A stretch of DNA of 64,000 nt from Lingula anatina (Eukaryota > Animalia > Brachiopoda), in NCBI GenBank assembly GCA_051362555.1, contig CM120640.1:744001-808000 (forward strand). Direction: 5' to 3'. Below, one piece after another: positions 52,840-64,000 of the stretch; the stretch's first letter is position 1, and each line of letters starts with the position of its first letter. The notes under the pieces are model-generated. The model saw only the letters and a program-made list of their open reading frames with translations. It was not told where the DNA came from and did no database searches. A program made the translations under genes and the position numbers.

Positions 52840-53136
52840 ATCTTCCATGTCCTGAAAATTTTCGACAGATCCAAAGCGAATTACCCACACGCTCAATACA
52901 TTTGCAGTGGGATGCACCACCATCTATCATGCCAGCTGCTTGGTCATATACGGTAAAGTATCGTCATTTTGGAACTTCCGAAGAATACCACAATGAGGAG
53001 AATGTTACAGTTGAAAGTCTGAAAGTTACTGGGTTAGTCCCTGGCAGAAAGTACGAATTCTCTCTGCAAGTAATTGGATGGAAAGATGCGGTCGGTTACT
53101 CTATTAGCAAAGAGGTGTTTTGCATTGGATCAACAG
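52840..53136 (+). CDS. FN3 exon 13
   Basis: AG/GT, phase 1-1; LQWDAPP...GLVPGRKYEF. Confidence 0.9.
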
Positions 53137-53459
53137 GTATGGAATTTTTTATATTTTTTCTTATTTATTGCAAATCTACCTATTTGGCAACAAATATTTG
53201 ACTACAGATTTATTTTGTGTTAAAGTGAAAATTAGCTTTTTGTCTAAAAGTGTTTACCAGTTTCCTCTTTTGTGAAAGTAGCATGCATATTTTCTATTCT
53301 AGTCGTACAGATTTTGTACAGCAGTGTTTTTGCTCCACTTGGGAGTCAGTAAATTTACTGGGAAAATGATCGAGTGGACCAAACATCTTGACAACATTTT
53401 TATATCGTCACTTCAATGGGCAGACACCATAAATACAAGTACATTTTCTTTCTTCATAG

Positions 53460-53705
53460 ATCCAGAGCCAGCCCACAGTCTAATGTGGGATTTGTCATCC
53501 AACACACTTATCTGGGAGAAACCAGACGGTGATATTGATGGATATGATATCAAAGTTGCAAAAGGAGAGAATATTAAATCATTCCACACAATGACCTGTA
53601 AATATAAAGTGCACACTATTGAAAAGGGAGAAACTTTTGTTTTCAGTGTTGTTGCAGTCAGCAATGGAAAAATAAGCAGGGATATTTCAAAAACAATTAC
53701 AATAG
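53460..53705 (+). CDS. FN3 exon 14
   Basis: AG/GT, phase 1-1; LIWEKPDG...IEKGETFVFSV. Confidence 0.9.
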
Positions 53706-54467
53706 GTAAGCATTTCACTGGAGAGATGTGTTCTTTTCTATCATTATCCAATTGTTCATGACATAAGGATATTCCAGATATTTGGAGTGCACTGTTAAGT
53801 CCCCAAACTTTGTCAGTCAGACTTCACGTAAGGTTAATGTCACGTTAGATAACGTGCCGGTTCTTGGGCCTTAGTGTTGTGCACCCAGCTGATCCAATAA
53901 AACGAACAAGATTCTCATTTGATGCAAGTAGAAATGTAATAGTATCTTTTGGAAATATACAGAGGTTTCTTCTACATAGTAACTGTCAGTCCAAAATGTA
54001 TATAATGATATTGCGAGAGCCAAAATACGATATGATATTACCTTAAAACAGGGCAGCCTTTATAGATCATTCAGGAATTTTAATAACCAGGAAGAAATAA
54101 CACTTGACTGAGGGCAGTCCCTTAAAATTTGTCTCAGGCTCTACCCCAACTCAGTCACTGTGTTTCCTGGAGCATCATTATCCACCCTAGCCTTCAAAGG
54201 CATTTCTAAATTGTATCTCGTGCCAAGTGCCCCGGTTATGATCATTCCCGAATGTTTATTGACTGCCCCCTTCTAATCTTATGTTTGGATATGAATATTA
54301 TTTTAATTTAATTATTCGTGTCAATTATAAAATACCCAAAGTGGTATTTTATACACTGTCCCTGTTTTAACACATTGAAGAAGCTTAAGATATAGCATTT
54401 AATTTACATATAGTACTGATTATATTCTTCTGTTATGACATTGAGACACTTTTTTTATAATTTCTAG

Positions 54468-54764
54468 CACCTGGCAATCCGGAATTTGTAAAAGAAAAAT
54501 TACTGGTGACAACAAATTCAATCACACTTTACTGGACTCCTCCGGGCGGAAAAGTAAAACACTACGCATTATATCATCAACCTTTAGATGAACGCATGGG
54601 AAGTTTGGCACGAATTTGGTATGGTGGTGTAAAAAAGGATATAGTAAAAGGTTGTTTTAAAATATTGGATAACCTTCTGCCAGGAATGAAGTACCGTATC
54701 AGAGTATGTGCTGAGGTTGATAGTGAAAGAGACCAGAAAGGTGATGTGATTGAAGTTGCAACAG
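54468..54764 (+). CDS. FN3 exon 15; the gene probably continues beyond the window
   Basis: AG/GT, phase 1-1; LYWTPPGG...NLLPGMKYRI; donor G|gtatgt. Confidence 0.9.
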
Positions 54765-55052
54765 GTATGTTACATTTGTTGACCTTGCTAATTACAATGA
54801 GCACATTTTTATGTACAGACACAGATGTGTCTGTACATATAGCCATCACCTGCGTCTGTTGTCGTCGTCGTCGCCGTGCACTTTTACCGATAACACGATA
54901 AGTGGAAAACTGTTTTTTCTTTTGGTTTGAAACTTACAGAACTGATGAATATTCATAATACGCAGGACAAGTTCGAAAATCAGCATGATCAGGTCACTTT
55001 TAGGGAATTTATGCTATTTTTTCACTTTTTTCAGCATATATGCAGCACCGAT

Positions 55053-58000
55053 TGTTGCATATTATAATGTAATTAACATATCTCCCATAATGCATTGTTC
55101 TCTCTCTACCAGTTAGCCAGCATGGCTGGATGTGTTATGTAATAAATGAGTTATTAAAAAATGTTAACTTGAGTTACATAACAACAGAAAAACTACGACA
55201 TGGTGTCAGAATCGGGATCTACATTGGATGTAGCATAATTTGGAGATCGGATGACCCACAAACTACAAGATAAAAACGGATTTAGAATCACTAAAAAAAA
55301 AAAAAAGGAAAAAAAAAATGGAGCACATGTATGGGATACAGCCGCCTCACATGGACTGGGAATCCATGGACTTACCGCGTACGTTCAAACTTTTCAAGGA
55401 AAAGTGTGAATTGATATTCCAAGGACCTTTAGATGCTGTGTCAGAGGAAAGACAAGTGAAATTTCTTCTCCTTTGGATCGGAGAAAAAGGCCGCGAAATT
55501 GTGAAAACTTTTAACATTGATGATCCAGACGTGTTGACCTCGTATTGGCAAAAATTGGAAGAATACACGAAGCCCAAGAGTAACTTTCGAATTCAGAGAT
55601 TTAAACTTAGAGCATGCAGACAAGAAGCAGGTGAGAGCATTGATTCTTTTGTCAGACGAATCAGACTCGTGGCAAATGAATGCAAATATACCGATGTTGA
55701 TCAACACATAATCGACACTCTCATTTTTGGCACTAACTCAGAGCGAATTCAGGCGAAATTATTACAAAGAGAGGACGATTTGACTCTAGATCAGGCTCTT
55801 GTCATTGCACGAACAGAGGAAGCAACTAAGAAACAGATTGAGGATCTTCACAGTACATCAGCAAAGGAAATTCACGCACTACGGCCAAGTGGAAACAGTC
55901 AAAGAGGGAGACCGCGTTACAGACAGCCACAACCTCGCACTCCTCACCAGCAAACTCAATCAAAGGTACCAAACAAGCAACGCTCACGACAGCCACTGCA
56001 AGAATGTGGTAAGTGTGGAACTGAACATGTTTTTCAACAGTGCCCAGCTAAAGGTACAATTTGTCTCAAATGTGGCAAGCCAGATCACTGGAAAAGGGTA
56101 TGTAGAACAAAAACAGTAACTGCATCGACCCATAGTAAAACTGTGCATTCAGTAGCAAATGAAAGTAACAGTAGCAGTGTATGCTTTGACTCTATATATG
56201 TAGATAGTATTCAGTCAAAACAGTCCCCAGTTAAGCCATTTGCTGACATTGAAGTTAAAGTTGGGAACTCTACTTCAACATTACGTTGCAAAATAGACAC
56301 TGGTGCTGAGGGAAATGTAATACCACTGTCTTCTTTCAAAAAACTTGCAATTAAGCAACCACTAAAGCCTACGAATGACACGATTACGGCATATGGTGGC
56401 AGTAAGTTACCAGTATGTGGAATAGCAACATTGACATTCACAAATGACAAGGTCATGGTGACCTCAGACAGCTATATTGTGGACTGTGAAGGACCAGTTA
56501 TACTAGGAATGGAAACCAGTCAGAAACTGGGACTTGTTACTCTGAACATAAATACAGTGACAAGACAGTCCATACTATCAGAGTATAAGGATATCTTTGA
56601 AGGTATCGGGAAATTGGACGGGGAATATCACATAAATATTGACCCCACTGTTTCTCCTGTTGTTCACCCACCACGGCGTGTACCTATTGCATTGCAGCCA
56701 GCACTCAAGGAGGAGTTGGACTCTCTCGTTGAGCAAGGGATCCTGTCACCTGTCACACAACCAACGAAATGGGTAAACTCGTGTGTATGTGTTACCAAAC
56801 CCAATGGAAAAATACGTATCTGCCTGGATCCAAAAGACTTAAATACGGCAATTAGACGTCCACACCACTACACACCAACACTGGATGACATCCTACCTCA
56901 ACTGAGTAGCGCGCGTTATTTCAGTATACTTGACCTTCGGAGTGGGTATTGGAATATCACGTTAGATGAAGAAAGTTCTCTTCTGACTACCTTCAATACG
57001 CCCTTCGGAAGATTTAGATACAACAGACTACCCTTTGGCCTCTCGCTATCTCAAGACGTCTTCCAGGCCAAGATTGAAGAAGTCTTCAAAGACATTCCAG
57101 GGTGTACCGGAATCGCCGACGACCTTATCATAGCAGGTTGGCAGGAAGACGGATCTGACCACGATGCGACTCTGCGCGTTGTATTAGATACAGCCAGAAG
57201 AAAGGGGATACGCTTTAATGAAGACAAGATGATTCTTAGAAAGGAGGAAATTCCATTCTTCGGTCATATTATAGGAAAAGACGGGCTAAAACCAGACCCA
57301 GCAAAGGTAGAAGCCATTAATGTAATGAATGAGCCGAGAAATGTATCGGAGCTACAAACATTCCTTGGGATGACCAATTATCTAAGCAGATACATTCCCC
57401 ACATGTCTCAACTTACAAGCAGTCTCAGGGACCTGTGCAAGAAGGAAAGTGTTTTTCAGTGGAATGCTGAACACAGTATTGCATTCAATGAGATTAAAGG
57501 AGAAATAGCAAATGCAACCAACCTACAATTCTACGACAGTAGCAAGTCACTTACACTCCAAGTTGACGCTTCATCTTATGGATTAGGAGCTGCCTTAATC
57601 CAGGATAAAGGCCCAGTTGCATATGCTAGCAAAGCACTCACAGAAACAGAGTCACGTTACTCAAATATTGAACGCGAGATGTTAGCAGTAGTGTTTGGTC
57701 TTGAAAAGTTTCACCATTATGTCTATGGTAGACATGTTAAAGTAGAGACTGACCATAAGCCTCTAGAAGCCATTTTCAAGAAGCACCTACACAACGCACC
57801 ACCGCGTCTGACCCGCATGTTGTTGAGAACACAGTGTTATGACACAGAGATTGTGTATGTCCCAGGCAAAAATATAGGACTAGCTGATGCCCTCTCTCGC
57901 ATGAAACCTTGTGATGGTGACAACATCAAAGGAATTGACATTACAGTACATGAATTACACTCGTACATGAACGCAAGTCCAACACGCATTGAGCAAATTC

Positions 58001-59696
58001 GTGAGGAAACTAGTAAGGAACCACAGCTAGCAGCTCTTCGTGAAATGATTTCTGTAGGATGGCCAGCTACACGCAGCGAGTGTCCAGAAATTCTTCACCC
58101 ATACTGGAACTACCGTGATGAGTTAGGCATCGCAGATGGAATCATAATGAAGGGGAATAGGATGATTATTCCTACAGTACTTCGCCCTGACCTACTTAAA
58201 CAGCTACATTATGCCCACCAGGGAGTGGAGAAATGTAAGCTACGTGCAAAATCATCAGTATTCTGGCCTGGCATGAATAATGATATTGAGCACACAGTCG
58301 GACTGTGTCCACCTTGCCAGAAACACCAAGCTGCCAACAGTAAGGAACCCTTATTGCCAGCAGATGTACCTCCCCGCGCATGGCACACATTAGCAGCAGA
58401 TTTGTTCTATTGGAGACAAACTGACTACTTATTAGTTGCTGACCAGTACAGCAAATATCCCTTAGTGCGGAAACTTCCAAGTACATCATCAGGCAGTGTA
58501 ATTGCACACTTAAAGAGCATATTCGAGGAACATGGCATCCCTGAGATTCTTAAAACTGACAATGGACCTCAGTTTTCATCAGAAGGATTCAAAAACTTCG
58601 CAAACACTTGGGGATTTACGCACATTACATCCTCACCTATGTATCCGCAGTCAAATGGATTCATAGAACGAATGGTACAGACTGTTAAAAGTCTATTTCA
58701 GAAAGCATGGGAATCGAATTCAGATCCCCACCTATCCATGTTATGTCTTCGCACAACACCCATTGATCACAACCTACCAGCGCCTTGTGAGTTATTGAAT
58801 AACCGGAAGTATAAAACAAATATTCCCGCTGGACAGTCACAGTTGAACTCCGACTACAATGTAGCATTACAGAAGAGACAGGAGGCAAGTAAAACACACT
58901 ATGATCAGCATGTCAAACCACTTGCACCTTTACATGAAGGAGAATTTGTTCGCATGTATGACACTCAGAATAATACATGGCAACCTGCCAAAGTTAAAAC
59001 TGTATCAGACAAACCCAGATCTTATTATGTGGAATCCAATGGTGGAAATTACCGACGCAACAGGAAACACATTCATAAGACAAAAGAACATTTTGATTTC
59101 AGAAACAATGAGATTGAGGAAACTGATGAACCTCTTGTTGACATTACAAACACAGAGACTGTTACAAAATGTGAAACACCTCAATCTCAACCCTTACGCA
59201 GATCAAGCAGGAACATTAAACCTCCAGAGAGACTGAACTTATGAATAAATTCAGTAATAGCGACTGTAACAAGTCAGTTGTGAAAGTGTCACAAATTGAC
59301 TGTAATTTGAATAAGCTTAATCATAATTGTTTCATTTATGAACTCTGGACTTGAGATTCTGTTGACTTTTGTGTTAAAACAAAAAACAAAAAAAAAAAAC
59401 ATTTACATGTGCCTATGAACTGTGAACATTGAAATGTCTTGGAGACAAAGACAACACGGACAGTGAACTGATTATGTTTATTAGCAACTTTAAAAAAAAA
59501 AAATTCCAGGATTTATTTTATTAAAAAAAAAAAAAAAAAAAGGGAGATGTTGCATATTATAATGTAATTAACATATCTCCCATAATGCATTGTTCTCTCT
59601 CTACCAGTTAGCCAGCATGGCTGGATGTGTTATGTAATAAATGAGTTATAAAAAAAATGTTAACTTGAGTTACATAACAACAGAAAAACTACGACA
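55053..59696 (+). mobile_element. Full-length Ty3/Gypsy LTR retrotransposon, Mag-like
   Basis: LTRs 55053-55200 and 59548-59696 (TG..CA); TSD ccgat; PBS tggtgtcagaa (tRNA-Leu type); PPT aaaagggaga. Confidence 0.97.
55318..59244 (+). CDS. Gag-Pol polyprotein (Gag zinc knuckles, protease, RT, RNase H, integrase), 1308 aa
   Basis: CGKC..H..C/CLKC..H..C, DTGA, LPFG, IADDL, VDAS, TDHKPL, HHCC motif, TDNGPQF, SNGFIER. Confidence 0.96.
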   Translation: MEHMYGIQPPHMDWESMDLPRTFKLFKEKCELIFQGPLDAVSEERQVKFLLLWIGEKGREIVKTFNIDDPDVLTSYWQKLEEYTKPKSNFRIQRFKLRACRQEAGESIDSFVRRIRLVANECKYTDVDQHIIDTLIFGTNSERIQAKLLQREDDLTLDQALVIARTEEATKKQIEDLHSTSAKEIHALRPSGNSQRGRPRYRQPQPRTPHQQTQSKVPNKQRSRQPLQECGKCGTEHVFQQCPAKGTICLKCGKPDHWKRVCRTKTVTASTHSKTVHSVANESNSSSVCFDSIYVDSIQSKQSPVKPFADIEVKVGNSTSTLRCKIDTGAEGNVIPLSSFKKLAIKQPLKPTNDTITAYGGSKLPVCGIATLTFTNDKVMVTSDSYIVDCEGPVILGMETSQKLGLVTLNINTVTRQSILSEYKDIFEGIGKLDGEYHINIDPTVSPVVHPPRRVPIALQPALKEELDSLVEQGILSPVTQPTKWVNSCVCVTKPNGKIRICLDPKDLNTAIRRPHHYTPTLDDILPQLSSARYFSILDLRSGYWNITLDEESSLLTTFNTPFGRFRYNRLPFGLSLSQDVFQAKIEEVFKDIPGCTGIADDLIIAGWQEDGSDHDATLRVVLDTARRKGIRFNEDKMILRKEEIPFFGHIIGKDGLKPDPAKVEAINVMNEPRNVSELQTFLGMTNYLSRYIPHMSQLTSSLRDLCKKESVFQWNAEHSIAFNEIKGEIANATNLQFYDSSKSLTLQVDASSYGLGAALIQDKGPVAYASKALTETESRYSNIEREMLAVVFGLEKFHHYVYGRHVKVETDHKPLEAIFKKHLHNAPPRLTRMLLRTQCYDTEIVYVPGKNIGLADALSRMKPCDGDNIKGIDITVHELHSYMNASPTRIEQIREETSKEPQLAALREMISVGWPATRSECPEILHPYWNYRDELGIADGIIMKGNRMIIPTVLRPDLLKQLHYAHQGVEKCKLRAKSSVFWPGMNNDIEHTVGLCPPCQKHQAANSKEPLLPADVPPRAWHTLAADLFYWRQTDYLLVADQYSKYPLVRKLPSTSSGSVIAHLKSIFEEHGIPEILKTDNGPQFSSEGFKNFANTWGFTHITSSPMYPQSNGFIERMVQTVKSLFQKAWESNSDPHLSMLCLRTTPIDHNLPAPCELLNNRKYKTNIPAGQSQLNSDYNVALQKRQEASKTHYDQHVKPLAPLHEGEFVRMYDTQNNTWQPAKVKTVSDKPRSYYVESNGGNYRRNRKHIHKTKEHFDFRNNEIEETDEPLVDITNTETVTKCETPQSQPLRRSSRNIKPPERLNL

Positions 59697-62175
59697 CCGA
59701 TAACATGATAAGTGGAAAAACATTTTACCTTTTGGCTTGAAACTTACAGAACTGATGAATATTCATAATACGCAGGTCAAGTTCAAAATCAGCTTGATTG
59801 GACCATTTATATGGAAGTTATGCTGTTTTTTCACTTTTTTCAGCATATATGCAGCACCGATAACACAATAAGTGGAAAACTGTTTTTTCTTTTGGCTTGA
59901 CACTTACAGAACTGATGAATATTCATAATACGCAGGTCAAGTTCGAAAATCAGCATGATCGGGTCACTTTTAGGAAATTTATGCTGTTTTTTCACTTTTT
60001 TCAGCATATTTTCACTTTTTTCAGCATATATGCAGCACCGATAACACAATAAGTGGAAAACCATTTTACCTTTTGGCTTGAAACTTACAGAACTGATGAA
60101 TATTCATAATACGCAGGACAAGTTTGAAAATCAGCTTGATCGGGTCACTTTTAGGGAATTTATGCTGTTTTTTCACTTTTTTCAGCATATATGCAGCACC
60201 GATAACATGATAAGTGGAAAAACATTTTACCTTTTGGCTTGAAACTTACAGAACTGATGAATATTCATAATACGCAGGTCAAGTTCGAAAATCAGCATGA
60301 TCGGGTCACTTTTAGGGAATTTATGCTGTTTTTTCGCTTTTTTCAGCATACATGCAGCACCGATAACACAATAAGTGGAAAACTGTTTTTTCTTTTGGCT
60401 TGACACTTACAGAACTGATGAATATTCATAATACGCAGGTCAAGTTCGAAAATCAGCATGATTGGACCATTTATATTTTATATTTTAACAAATTTAAAGT
60501 TATGCTGTTTTTTTTTTCCATTATTCAGCATATATGCAACACTGAAGCATTTTAAGGAAAGCTAATCAGCCTTTTGTCTTGAAACTCACAGGAGTGATCA
60601 GTCTGACTAGTATACAGATCAAGTTTGAAAATAAGCTTGATCATTTAAGTTTTGATGAAGTTATTAGCCTTTTTGTATATAAGTGTTTTTTCTTCAGATT
60701 TAATTCTTAGGCATGTTAACAGTCTCATTATGGAACTAATTAGATATGTAAAAGTGTTGTTTTGACATTTTCTGCTTCTTAACAATATTGTTAGTTGATT
60801 ATATAAAAATGACGGTACACCTGTTATTGTGCATTGTGTAATAAAGTATCAAAAATGGAAAGGAACTCATATCATTGCAGTTCTTCATATTCAATCGTTC
60901 ACTAAGTTAAGAATCTCAGAATGGAGCAAGTTGGACATTTAAATTTGTTCTATTAATATTTTACCTTTGACAACATATTTTTTAATTGATCATATAAAAA
61001 TGACAGTAAATTGATTATTTTGTTTTATTTCGGGATTTTCACAGTGTGACTCTGACCTCTATGGGCTAGACACATTTTCTGAATATCCATGATAGTTTTA
61101 TTTTATCATTAAAAAACTGATGGTTATTATGCTGTTAAGCATTGTGTAATATTGCATCAAAATTTAACAAAACCCTATTTTGGGCACTGCCTCCGTAGTG
61201 ACCGTGAAAGGAAAACCATGTCACTTGCTCTTTTCACACTTAAAGAAAAGAAACATAGGACTGAAATACAGCCTCAGTTGGAAAATCTGTCTCATTAGTT
61301 AATTTTCTGGAAGTTATAGTTTTTTTTTGTGAAAATTTTTATCTTTCACATACTGGAATTTTTAATGTGGGACTTGGAGCTCCCTTGGGCATGAAGCCCA
61401 GAGGTAATCAAATTTTCTTAATGTCCATGTTTTTAATAGTAGATAGTGGTATTTATACAGTTAATCATTATGTAATGTTGCATCAAAATTGACAAAAAAT
61501 CTACTTTGTGCACTGCCACCATAAACATTATGGAAAGAAAACTGTTACTTTCTATTTTTTCAACTAGTCTTACAAGAATGATTCTTAGAATTGACATACA
61601 GCTCATATTAGAAAACCAGCTCTATTAGATTATCATTTTTATTAAATTTATGCATTTTTTGTGAAATTTTCATTTTTCTCATTCTGGCACTTTCTAAGAA
61701 AAAACTTGAACTCTGATGGGCCTGAAGCCTTATGTTTTTACTTTCGTCGGTGTTACCTGTTGTGCATAATTAAAATTTGATGTTGACTGTGCAGTTAAAC
61801 ATAATGTATTATTGCATCAGAATTGGTAGTCTCCTATTTTGTGCATTATTGTTTTGTGCTTTTCTTAAGGTGTGAATTATGGGCCTGAAGACCTTTGAGA
61901 GGGTCAGTCTGTGAATTTCCCTTGGGTATCACTAGGCTAATTTCAGAGTTATAAAGTCATTTGCCTAATTAATAGGCCATTAAATGAGATTACATAAAGC
62001 ACACTTGCTGAAATTTCCCTGTAAACTCCCAAAGGTTAAGCTCTCTGCTAGATTAATAATAACGAAGCAGTGATAATTATGCAGGTAAATTTTGTTTAAT
62101 ATTGCAAATAAGTTTTTAATATATATATCAAACTCAAAGATTAAAAGTTTGAATAGCAGCTTCATTGGAATTATA

Positions 62176-62406
62176 TTTACCTCTGCCAAGGAGGTTATGT
62201 TTTCACCCCTGTTTGTCTGTCATCAACATAACTCAAAAAGTTATGGACCAATTTTGATGAAATTATCAGGAACTGTCTGAAGTGGGTCAAGGAGGACAAT
62301 GATTAGTTTTTAGTGGTGGTTGGGATCAGTAATCTATCAATAATTAATAATAATAAAAAATTGCTGCCTCGGCAGAGGTCTGCGCTCTCAGAGTGCTTTT
62401 CTAGTT
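62176..62406 (+). mobile_element. Short HINE/Helentron-type MITE
   Basis: acctctgccaagg ... cctcggcagaggt inverted pair, gtct microsatellite, 3' hairpin gcgctct-c-agagtgc then ctagttt. Confidence 0.75.
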
Positions 62407-62817
62407 TTATGTTTTCCTTTTTAATTTTTTCTCAAACACTGGCATTTGTGACTTTTAACTCCCGTCCGCCTGAGGCTCTGCACATTTTCTGTATTTCCAC
62501 ATAAGCAGTTGTACTGGTTTTTATGTCTTTAAACATTATGTAATATTATTTTATGCACTGTCATCATTTTTCAAATATTGGGACTTTCATCATGTGAATT
62601 TTAACTCTCATGGTCCTGAAACTGTTATCTTATTGAAGGGATGGATTGAGACCATCTTCTGGGTCTTCTGGAAGACAGTCAGGTTTTTAAGTTTATATTG
62701 ACCGATATCTATTTTTTTCTATTGGAAGACCATCAAAATGGAGGATGGATCAACATAGATACTTTGGAATACTGTCAGAAAATATCTCTGGGTCCGCTCC
62801 TGTTATTGACCATGTTA

Positions 62818-64000
62818 CCCCAGCTAGAAAAGTAGTCCCCTTTGCAGTCTGCTTGCAGTCTCCTTAACAGTCCCCCTATGGAGCCTGCTTTGCAGTCTCC
62901 CTAGCAGTCCCCGCTCCCACAGCAGTCTCCTTTGCAGGTATCGTTAAGTATGGAGGGAGTCCCCTTGGCAGTCTTAATTTGCATTTTTGGAATGCGCTGC
63001 AGTCTGCTTGGCAGCCCCTCTCGCAGTCTACTCTGCAGTCTCCTTAGCAGTTTGCTTAGCAAAATAAAATTTGGCAAAATCTTTTTATTTATTTATTTAT
63101 TTATTTTTTTTAAAGTCATATACATGTATATATTCAAATAATAATTACATTTATCAAAAGGAATCTAGAAATAATCTTTCTCCCAAGCATGTGTGTAAGT
63201 TCAAATCTAAATACAAAATTTCCCCTTGATCACAAAATGTATGTTATCTGATTCATTTATATCTAACATATTGGTTTATTTCTCTCCATACTATTTAGTT
63301 CAGTTTACTATTTTACATATATATTTTTCTACAAAGCCCATATTAGCAGAGGGCTGGGAATCCTACTGTACGTTATTTAATCATTCCAAAAACTCAGTCA
63401 CAGAATTCACTGGCCAGGATTCATACATCGATACAGACACATAAGAGCAATATTTCAAGTAATTTTTAAGGTTTTTTAACTAATGTGGGCAAGTTATACA
63501 CTAAAACAATTTTTAAAGTGTACATACCAAAGGAAAAAAAGGCTCATTTCATTTAAATTTTGTATTTTTAACACATTGCATGATAATGAAAAGTACAAAG
63601 ATCGATGTTTTAAAAGGTGTTATCCTCATCTGTGAATTATTGTCTATATTCATGTCAAAAACTGCAAAGTTTGAAATAATATTTTAATTGACAAAAGGAC
63701 CAAAATGGTTAAATGCAAACCTTTTTCTAGCCTAATAGCAATTTCAAGTACTTTTAAAAACCACAAACAGAATTCAAAGTGCTGGGCTAAAATTGAACAC
63801 TTCCCAAAGCTCTATGGATCCTGATGCATCAGTAAACTATACATGAAGGAAAATACAAAACCAAAAGGACTTGCATGCTCACTTCTTATCCTGTCTCTGT
63901 CCTTCTTCATTTTTCTTTCTACATGCATTTCCTAAAAATGTCTTCTAGCTTTTTCAATCCAGAAATCAATGTTTTCAGATTTCTTGCCTCTTCCTTAGAA
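62818..64000. mobile_element. One end of a second CCCAG-terminal DNA transposon, truncated by the window
   Basis: cccag start, subterminal gcagtctcc repeats; 63400-64000 is an inverted, diverged homolog of ~48635-49230. Confidence 0.55.

Larger units (their letters stand above)
54806..62630 (+). mobile_element. HINE-like family B element with ~6 tandem ~160-bp monomers, interrupted by Gypsy
   Basis: Hairpin 54811-54838, (gtc)n; monomers at ~55042, 59851, 60032, 60193 and 60353. Confidence 0.7.

Noticed and set aside
32957-54764. Naming the FN3 gene tenascin, fibronectin or a receptor PTP
   Set aside because: No EGF, fibrinogen, TM or phosphatase exons are visible, so no gene symbol is supportable
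59700-60540. Regular repeats resembling a CRISPR array
   Set aside because: Whole ~160-bp monomers repeat with no unique spacers; no cas genes; eukaryotic context

Overview
This is AT-rich, intron-containing, transposon-dense animal DNA, not prokaryotic; the repeat types suggest a marine invertebrate (inference). Most ORFs in the supplied track are spurious or are exon read-throughs. Reading splice sites by hand gives one + strand coding structure. Four caspase exons that the ORF track misses (8061-8280 with SHG/QACQG, 8772-8936, 21775-21884, 22122-22245) are followed by two decayed and 15 intact symmetric phase-1 fibronectin type III (FN3) exons (32957-54764). The last caspase exon has no stop after the p10 end and offers a phase-1 donor compatible with the FN3 array, so the main hypothesis is a caspase with a long C-terminal FN3 cassette array; this join is inferred and unproven. 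The introns hold a head-to-head RTE LINE pair (one copy with a tRNA-Pro-like 5' head), a young intact Mag-type Gypsy element, a deleted DIRS element, Helentron/HINE-like elements with internal satellites, many MITEs (several nested) and local tandem duplications.
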